Shown: piece after piece, positions 16,592 to 22,777 of the stretch
Numbering within the stretch: position 1 is the first letter of the stretch
How the letters are laid out: the number at the start of each line of letters is the position of its first letter
Assembly (NCBI GenBank): GCA_024685775.1
Contig: JAIKVL010000033.1
Location: forward strand, 7,908 to 71,907
Source of the DNA: Clostridia bacterium
Lineage (GTDB): Bacteria > Bacillota > Clostridia > Christensenellales > CAG-1252
Direction: 5' to 3'
Length of the DNA stretch: 64,000 nt
Position numbers and translations under genes: made by a program
The notes under the pieces: generated by a model
What the model was told of the DNA's origin: nothing
Databases searched by the model: none
Seen by the model: only the letters and a program-made list of their open reading frames with translations

Positions 16592-19228
16592 TTATTTCTT
16601 TTTATCTTTCTTTTTGTCTTTCTCTTTTTTATCCCCGATCACGTCGTGAACGTTCTGCGGCGTTATGGAAAGAGGCGTGTAAGAACGCGGGATAAACGTG
16701 CGGGCGCGGCCGCCGTCCGAGGGATTCGGAGTGACTTCCGAGATCTTCGGCTCTTCTCTCTCGATCGAGTTTTCTTCAAACGAACGCGCATCTTCGGAAG
16801 GCGACGTCGGCGCAAACGGTTTCGGCGCCAAAATATCCTTCGCGGACGGCGTGTAGGGGTTGGGCGCGGCGGGCTTCTTCGATTTGGGCGAGGTCGGAGC
16901 GAAGCTGGTGGCGCCTTGCGCCTTGTTCTCCTCTTCGAGTCTCTTCAACTTCTCTTTGAATTCCGCCTTCTCTTGCGCTTTCTTCGCCTTTTCCTCTTCC
17001 TTCTTCGCTCTCGCTTCTTCTTTCTTTCTGAGCTTGAAGGCTTTTCTCTCCTCTTTCGAAGTCGCGACGTTCTCGCGATCTTCCTCGGGGGTCAGCTTCA
17101 TCGCGGACACGTCCTTGTTGATGAGCTTCTCGTCCACGTTCAATTCGTCGATAAAGCTCCAATCGTCCTCCGCGGTCGGGAGCTCTTCTTCCTCTTCTTC
17201 TTGGGGCGCTTCTTCGGGTTCGGGCTCGGGCTCTTCCTCGGGAACGAAGTCGAAGACGACCTCTTCCGCGTTCTGACCGAGCTCCGTATAGCCGATATCG
17301 CCGACTTCGGGCGTAGGCGCGACCGCCTCTTCCTTCTCTTTTTCAAGCTCTTCCGGCGTAAGTTTATCGTTCAGAATCTCGTTGATCTGTTCCTTTCCGT
17401 AGGTCAGGACGTTGACGTCTTCCGCCTCCATCGCGTCGGCGCGCTCTTCTTCGGTCGCGGTCACGCTGTCGAAGTTAATGAGCTGCGCAAGCTCTTCCAT
17501 ATCGATAATCGCCTGCTTTTGCTGGGCTTCCATATCGGCGTAGTGCGTGCTGATGAGCTCCTGCATCGTGTGCTCTTGCTCGCGGCGCATTTCCTCGATC
17601 CTGCGGATCTCTTTTTTACGAAGCAATAACAGCGCTTCGCCTTCGATCGGAGCGATATAGGTCATCGTCTTTTCGCGTTCGAGCTGCTCGGCGAGAAGTT
17701 GCTTTTCGGTCGCCATACGCTCTTCTTCCGAGCGTTGGATCGCAAGCAGTCTTTCCTTTTCCGCGGCGAGGCGCTTCTCCATTTCCGCTTCTTCTTTGCA
17801 GAGGCGCAAACGCATGAGTCTTTCTTCCGCGCGAACGATGCGATCGTGCATCTCTTTCTTTTCGCGTTTGATGCGCTCTTGTTCTTCCTTCTGCGCGAGC
17901 TTCATCGCCTTTTCCGCTTCTTTCTCCGCGCGGATACGCTCTCTTTCTTCGGCTTTGCGGCGTTTTTCTGCGTCCTTCGCGTCCTTCTCCGCCTGCCTGA
18001 GCGCTTCGAGTTTAAGCTCGGCTTCCTCTTTGAGCTGTTGCTTCAACAAGGCTTTTTGCCGCGCGCTGTCTTCCTTGGCGGTGTTGATCTTATACTGGCG
18101 AATGACGCGATCCAAAGCCGCGTTCATCTTGCGAACGTCGTCCATTGGGACTTCGCGCTCGCCCGGAACCGTCGTGTACAAACGGCGGATCTCGTGAAGA
18201 TCCATATGGAGCTGCGGGAAATCGTCCGGGACGAAATCGTCGATATTCTTGGTCAGGTATTCGTTCTCGACGTTCTTTTCTTTTTCGAGATCTTTCTCTT
18301 CCACGAGCCCGCCTTCGGCTTTCGCCGCCATCGACTCGATGATAAGAGTGTTCAAATAAATAAGGTCGCGATACTTTTCGGAAACGGAAGGCGAAAGATC
18401 GCGCGTCTCCGTAACCGTTTCGACTTCGAAACCGATCTTGTTATACGATTCGATGAACTGCCAAAGGACCAGAGCTTTTTTGAAGTTCGGGTCTTTCAAG
18501 ATGACGTTCGTACGGGTGATCGGCGGGCGGACCAGCGCGCAACTGACCATTTCCTTCGCGAACGGGCTCGCAAGGAAGCTCGAAACGATGCTGTTGATCC
18601 TTTCCACGCGTTGAACCAACGTTCGGTTGTCGTCCGCGCCCATTAAGTTTTCCACCGGCATATTCGCGGTGGTGGACATTGTGTAGCTGATCGAATTATC
18701 ATTTTTCAGTCCGAAATCGGAAGTAACGTTGACGACGATCTGGTCGCTGTTCGCGTTCGCCTGCTTGATCAAATTAAAGCGGCGGGTAATGAAATCCTTC
18801 GTCTTCAAAAGGAGGGTATAGATAAAACGGTTCTCGTAAATCTCGTACGACTCTTCTTTCGACGTGTTCAGGATTTTACTCGGAATGACCATTCCGTCTT
18901 TGGTAACGGAAGAAATGTAGTTCGTGTGCTGCGCAAGGTGCTTGACGGACTCGACGGAAATACTCCTCGCGAGAGAGATATCGACGATATCTTCTTCGAC
19001 GACGATGAACTTACGCGGGTTACGAACGATCGTGTCGAGCGCGACGATACAATCTTCGAGGGTGTCGATCCAACTCTCGTCGAAGATCTGCTTTTGGAAG
19101 CGCTGCGACACTTGAAAACTATTCTTACCCTGCGCGATATAATCCGAATAATCGGAATAAAAGTCCTCCTGTTTGAGGAGCGTACTCAGGTAATATAGAT
19201 ATTCTTCGTACCTTTTCTTGTCTGCCAT
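16592..19228 (-). CDS. McrC/DUF2357-like N-domain protein with a ~200-aa coiled coil and a Pro/Lys-rich tail; no nuclease motif seen
   Basis: This is an 878-aa ORF starting 20 nt after the McrB-like gene. The N-domain (aa 1-305) has SYEIYENRFIYTLLL and ITRTNVILKDPNFKKALVLWQFI, which resemble the ENRF and YxxLxxW segments of McrC-N/DUF2357 proteins. That judgement is by eye only. Residues 385-580 form an E/K/R heptad-like coiled coil. The rest is acidic, then P/K-rich, and ends in KKEKDKKKDKKK. I found no D...(D/E)xK nuclease core. Confidence 0.55.
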   Translation of the reverse strand: MADKKRYEEYLYYLSTLLKQEDFYSDYSDYIAQGKNSFQVSQRFQKQIFDESWIDTLEDCIVALDTIVRNPRKFIVVEEDIVDISLARSISVESVKHLAQHTNYISSVTKDGMVIPSKILNTSKEESYEIYENRFIYTLLLKTKDFITRRFNLIKQANANSDQIVVNVTSDFGLKNDNSISYTMSTTANMPVENLMGADDNRTLVQRVERINSIVSSFLASPFAKEMVSCALVRPPITRTNVILKDPNFKKALVLWQFIESYNKIGFEVETVTETRDLSPSVSEKYRDLIYLNTLIIESMAAKAEGGLVEEKDLEKEKNVENEYLTKNIDDFVPDDFPQLHMDLHEIRRLYTTVPGEREVPMDDVRKMNAALDRVIRQYKINTAKEDSARQKALLKQQLKEEAELKLEALRQAEKDAKDAEKRRKAEERERIRAEKEAEKAMKLAQKEEQERIKREKKEMHDRIVRAEERLMRLRLCKEEAEMEKRLAAEKERLLAIQRSEEERMATEKQLLAEQLEREKTMTYIAPIEGEALLLLRKKEIRRIEEMRREQEHTMQELISTHYADMEAQQKQAIIDMEELAQLINFDSVTATEEERADAMEAEDVNVLTYGKEQINEILNDKLTPEELEKEKEEAVAPTPEVGDIGYTELGQNAEEVVFDFVPEEEPEPEPEEAPQEEEEEELPTAEDDWSFIDELNVDEKLINKDVSAMKLTPEEDRENVATSKEERKAFKLRKKEEARAKKEEEKAKKAQEKAEFKEKLKRLEEENKAQGATSFAPTSPKSKKPAAPNPYTPSAKDILAPKPFAPTSPSEDARSFEENSIEREEPKISEVTPNPSDGGRARTFIPRSYTPLSITPQNVHDVIGDKKEKDKKKDKKK

Positions 19229-19248
19229 TCCCTATCTTTCCCTTACCG

Positions 19249-20829
19249 TTAGAAGAGTTTCTTCAACCTTTCGAGGTATTCCTTACATTCGGTCATGTTT
19301 TCCTCTCCGAAGTGATCGGAAAGGTATTGGATATAGTCGTCAACCTCGTCGCGGATGTAGGCAAGGTTCAAGGATTCGAATTTACGAAGGATCTTGTTAC
19401 AGAGGACGTAGTCCAAGCCGTCGATCTCCGTTCCGCCGCAAGCGACGTACACGGGGACGAATTCTCTTAATTGCTTAACGATACGGTTACCGAACGCCAA
19501 GCGGAAATGCTCGATAACGTAATCATCCATCTCTTCGAATTTTCTCAGGTTCTCTTCGCTGACCTTATGCTCTTCCTGCGCTTTTGCAAACAGGGATTCG
19601 AGATACTTATAAGACAGCGGCATCATATTCGTCAAAGGCGCGTCGAAAGGCTTCGCCTTGCTGTTGATGTTGATCGGCATACCACGGTCGTAAACCTTAT
19701 CGGAGATCGCGAACGTCGAGTCATCGTTGTTCGCCGTTCCGACGAACCACATGTTTTCCGGCAAACGGAAACGACCTTTTTCAACGTGCTTCGGGTCGGA
19801 AGGCCAACCGCTCGGAACGAGGTCGACGATCCATTGATCACGCGACGGCATTTCGAGAATGGACAACATTTCCGCGAAGTAGTACTCGACACGCGCGATG
19901 TTCATTTCGTCGAGGACGGTCAGATACATATCTTCGTTATAGGTCGCGTCGTACATCGCTTTCAGCGTTTCCGTTTCGTTGAACCTCTTGGTAAATTCGT
20001 TGAAGTATCCGAAGATTTCGGTTCTATCACGCCAAGACGGCTGAACGGAAGCGATCGTCGTCGGGTTGTCGATAAAGTGACCGATACATTCGGGAAGTGA
20101 GGTTTTACCGGTACCGGATATACCTTGCAGGATGATGAGCCTCGTCGTTGCAAGACTTGCGAAGAACAATCGAATGATCTTGGGTTCGTAATAAAGCTTA
20201 CGCCACGGTCTGTCGGGGTTATTCGCCGCGTAATTTCGGAAGGTGTCGCAAAGCTCCGAAAGCGTAAAATCCTTTCGGAATTCGGTATGACGCTGCGAGC
20301 CTTCTTCCGCGTATTGGTTATCGACTTCCGTCAGCTTGTAGAAACGGCTCTCGCCTTCCTTTTTCGCGCTGGACGTGTCTTCGCCTTCGTTTCCTTCCAA
20401 AACGTCGTAGCCTTGATAGCCGATCTTCAAACCGAGGATGCGGTCTTTTTCTTTCGTCAATTTAACGATCTGACCTTTTAAGTTTCCGATCTCGTCCACG
20501 AGGTCTTGATTCAAAACCCTCGAACCGAAGAGTCTTTTGAAGAAACGGACGAGGAAGTAAGCGCCGACGACGACGATCGCAAGAAGAGCGAGAACGACGA
20601 GGATAATGATCACCCAAGCGCCGATCCATTGCCCGGTACTCATCTGCTTCATCGCTTGGAATTTTTCTACGACCGCAATATAGCTGTCTATCGCGAACAA
20701 TTGACGGAACGCGCCGAAGAAACCGCCGTACCAATTAAAACCGGAAATACCGTGCGGTTGCGTATAGAAAAAGCCAAGAAATCCAAAGAAGAATACTTGC
20801 AAAAATTCTTTTATAAAATCAGTAAACAT
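19249..20829 (-). CDS. Membrane-anchored McrB-type AAA+ (AAA_5) GTPase
   Basis: This is a 526-aa ORF with a TM helix WIGAWVIIILVVLALLAIVVVGAYFLVRFF (aa 67-95) and a short coiled coil. Walker A is ILQGISGTGKTS. SVQPSWRDRTEIFGYFNEF compares with McrB vqFHpsYsYeDFveG. Walker B and following, LTVLDEMNIARVEYYFAEMLSILE, compares with lIiDEiNRanlskifGEl..llE. RLPENMWFVGTANNDDSTFAISDKVYDRG compares with f.iP.Nl.iiGTmNtaDrs...lD.AlrRRF and includes the NxxD GTP motif. Confidence 0.75.
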   Translation of the reverse strand: MFTDFIKEFLQVFFFGFLGFFYTQPHGISGFNWYGGFFGAFRQLFAIDSYIAVVEKFQAMKQMSTGQWIGAWVIIILVVLALLAIVVVGAYFLVRFFKRLFGSRVLNQDLVDEIGNLKGQIVKLTKEKDRILGLKIGYQGYDVLEGNEGEDTSSAKKEGESRFYKLTEVDNQYAEEGSQRHTEFRKDFTLSELCDTFRNYAANNPDRPWRKLYYEPKIIRLFFASLATTRLIILQGISGTGKTSLPECIGHFIDNPTTIASVQPSWRDRTEIFGYFNEFTKRFNETETLKAMYDATYNEDMYLTVLDEMNIARVEYYFAEMLSILEMPSRDQWIVDLVPSGWPSDPKHVEKGRFRLPENMWFVGTANNDDSTFAISDKVYDRGMPININSKAKPFDAPLTNMMPLSYKYLESLFAKAQEEHKVSEENLRKFEEMDDYVIEHFRLAFGNRIVKQLREFVPVYVACGGTEIDGLDYVLCNKILRKFESLNLAYIRDEVDDYIQYLSDHFGEENMTECKEYLERLKKLF

Positions 20830-20906
20830 AGGCTTTACCCTTCCTTTCCCATTTTCGCTCGGGCGCGACGAACGCGCCTTCGCTCTTTCGTTTCACGCGC
20901 CGAAAC

Positions 20907-21806
20907 TTACGCTTTTGTCTCTTCTCCTTTTTGATCGGAAGCGCCGCCATCTCCCGCAGCGGGGCTGAGCCCCTGACTCTTCAAATACTCTTCGATCGCC
21001 TTGCGCTTGATCGCTTCTTCGTCGATCGATGCGAGAGCCGCCTGCTTCGCGCTTTCCGCCGCCGCCGCTTTCGCCTTCTTCATCTTGTTTTCGACGACGA
21101 TCTGCGCGACCAAATAAATATTATAGATCAGCAACAATCCGAGAGGAATGATGATGACGTAGATGAAATGGTATCCGTCGCGGATCCAAGTCAACGCCGA
21201 ACCGAGTCCGTTGATATGGAACGCATAAACGGCGAGGATATCGCCCGCGAGCTTATCCGCTTCGTCCGGGAGCGGGTTGGCGTCGCCCTGCGTCCTGTAC
21301 TTCTTGACGCCGTCGACGTCTTTGACTTCGATAATTCTGTGCGTTACGAGAATGACTTGACGGCTGTTGTCTTCAAGCATCTTGAACGTCACGATGTCGC
21401 CGACTTTCAGATCGTTCCCGCCTTTTTTCGGGCTCGTCGCGAAAACGAGCGCGCCTTCGGGGAAACTGTCCTTTTTATCCCCGTCCATTGATCCCGTCAA
21501 AACGGGAAGTAACTTCAACCCGACGGGAGAGACCTTGTCGCCCGATTGCGGGTTCAGCATAACGACCAAACAAATGACGATCGCGAGGACGACGAAAGCG
21601 ATCTGCACGGCGAGAACAACCGCGTTCGCGATCCTTTTGCCTTTGCTCATCGGTTTCTTTTCCCTTTCGTCGATTTTTTTCGCCGCAGATTCGACTGCGG
21701 GAGCCGCCTCGACCGTTTCCGCATTTTCTTCGACCGCTTCGGTGACGGGCGTCGCCGCGGTTTCTTCCGTTTCGGTTTCGTTACTCAATTTCTTGTCTTT
21801 TTCCAT
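20907..21806 (-). CDS. SipW-type (ER/archaeal-type) signal peptidase I, copy 1, with an acidic N-extension and a charged C-terminal tail
   Basis: ATG 21806 has GAGGAG 11 nt upstream; the ORF track starts at 21941 inside the previous gene. It has a TM (AVVLAVQIAFVVLAIVICLVVML), the motifs VLTGSM, VGDIVTF, VTHRII and QGDANPLPDE, a second TM, and a tail containing AIKRKAIEEYL. Confidence 0.8.
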   Translation of the reverse strand: MEKDKKLSNETETEETAATPVTEAVEENAETVEAAPAVESAAKKIDEREKKPMSKGKRIANAVVLAVQIAFVVLAIVICLVVMLNPQSGDKVSPVGLKLLPVLTGSMDGDKKDSFPEGALVFATSPKKGGNDLKVGDIVTFKMLEDNSRQVILVTHRIIEVKDVDGVKKYRTQGDANPLPDEADKLAGDILAVYAFHINGLGSALTWIRDGYHFIYVIIIPLGLLLIYNIYLVAQIVVENKMKKAKAAAAESAKQAALASIDEEAIKRKAIEEYLKSQGLSPAAGDGGASDQKGEETKA

Positions 21807-21823
21807 TTCAGTTTGTTCTCCTC

Positions 21824-22777
21824 TTAGCTTTGGGTGACGAATTCGACCGCAAGTTTGACTTGCCCGCCGAGAATACCTCTTTCGCTGTCTACCGTGCTGG
21901 ACGCGTCGCCGATACACTGCGGATCCTCGCCTTCCAGCCAAATAATGATCGTGTACTTAATGATCTCGCCGGGGTTTAAGGGGAAGAGTTCGCTGTTCAG
22001 GACGTAGCCGCCGCCTTGGAAAGGCTTCGCAAGCCAGACGCCGTCTTCCGCGATCGTTCCTTCCTCAAACGTGAATCCGTTGAAAACGTCGATCGTCTGC
22101 GGTTTGTAATTCTTCCCGGGGACGACTTCTTCCGGAATCACGTTTCCTCCTTCGTCGAGAAGGTTTTTGCCTCTTTGATCGGTCTGCGGCGCGGAGTAGA
22201 CCGAGATCGTTCCGTAGTTCTCGTCCGTCAGATCGGAATCCTTGATGACGAGGACGCGGATCGCTTTATCCATATTCCGCATCGCGCGTTCGATCGAGAT
22301 CATTTCCCGATAGCCGACCGCGCCGGTTCCGCTGTTTTTCAAATAGAACGACGTCGCGATAAAGAAATCCTGCGTGCCTTCGCCCTTGTAGGGACCGTTC
22401 GACTCGTAAATATCTTTAATCTTTCCGTCGATATAGTTGCACAAAGTACTGTTGTCCATATTCTTCGGCGCGGCGACGTCCAAAACGCTGGTCGGGTTCG
22501 TAAACTCGAAGTCCTTGGAAAGAGAGAGCCACGAAGTACCCGTCTGCGAAACGGTAACGCGGAAGTTGTTGTTATCCACGAAACGCATAATCGCGTACGT
22601 TATGCCCGCGAGAAGGGTGACGATAAGCAAGAAGAGCAGAAGAATGATAATGACCGCTCTTCTGCGCGCTTGCCGACGGACGCGTTTGTTTTTGATAACG
22701 TACTCGTTCTCCGCCGCCAATTGCTCCTGAATCAGTTGATCGGGAGTTTTTTCAACGTCACTCTTTGTTTTCGCCAT
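21824..22777 (-). CDS. TasA/camelysin-like (Peptidase_M73-like) secreted beta-rich protein with a signal-anchor
   Basis: This is a 317-aa ORF. A 40-aa charged N-extension precedes the TM/signal segment AVIIILLLFLLIVTLLAGITYAIMRF, which compares with the SipW-type signal ..GGTyAyF. FYLKNSGTGAVGYREMISIE compares with TasA F.F.N.GSL. The C-terminal WLEGEDPQC...GGQVKLAVEFVTQ compares with TasA yQGNSIKLQFSFEATQ. The assignment is by motif only. Confidence 0.5.
   Translation of the reverse strand: MAKTKSDVEKTPDQLIQEQLAAENEYVIKNKRVRRQARRRAVIIILLLFLLIVTLLAGITYAIMRFVDNNNFRVTVSQTGTSWLSLSKDFEFTNPTSVLDVAAPKNMDNSTLCNYIDGKIKDIYESNGPYKGEGTQDFFIATSFYLKNSGTGAVGYREMISIERAMRNMDKAIRVLVIKDSDLTDENYGTISVYSAPQTDQRGKNLLDEGGNVIPEEVVPGKNYKPQTIDVFNGFTFEEGTIAEDGVWLAKPFQGGGYVLNSELFPLNPGEIIKYTIIIWLEGEDPQCIGDASSTVDSERGILGGQVKLAVEFVTQS

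Noticed and set aside
16592-20829. Calling D/E a conventional McrBC type IV restriction system.
   Set aside because: The McrB-like protein has a TM anchor instead of a DNA-reading domain. I could not find a PD-(D/E)xK (or other) nuclease motif in the partner. The pair is also embedded between signal peptidase genes in one operon. I report it as McrBC-derived with unknown function rather than as a restriction system.
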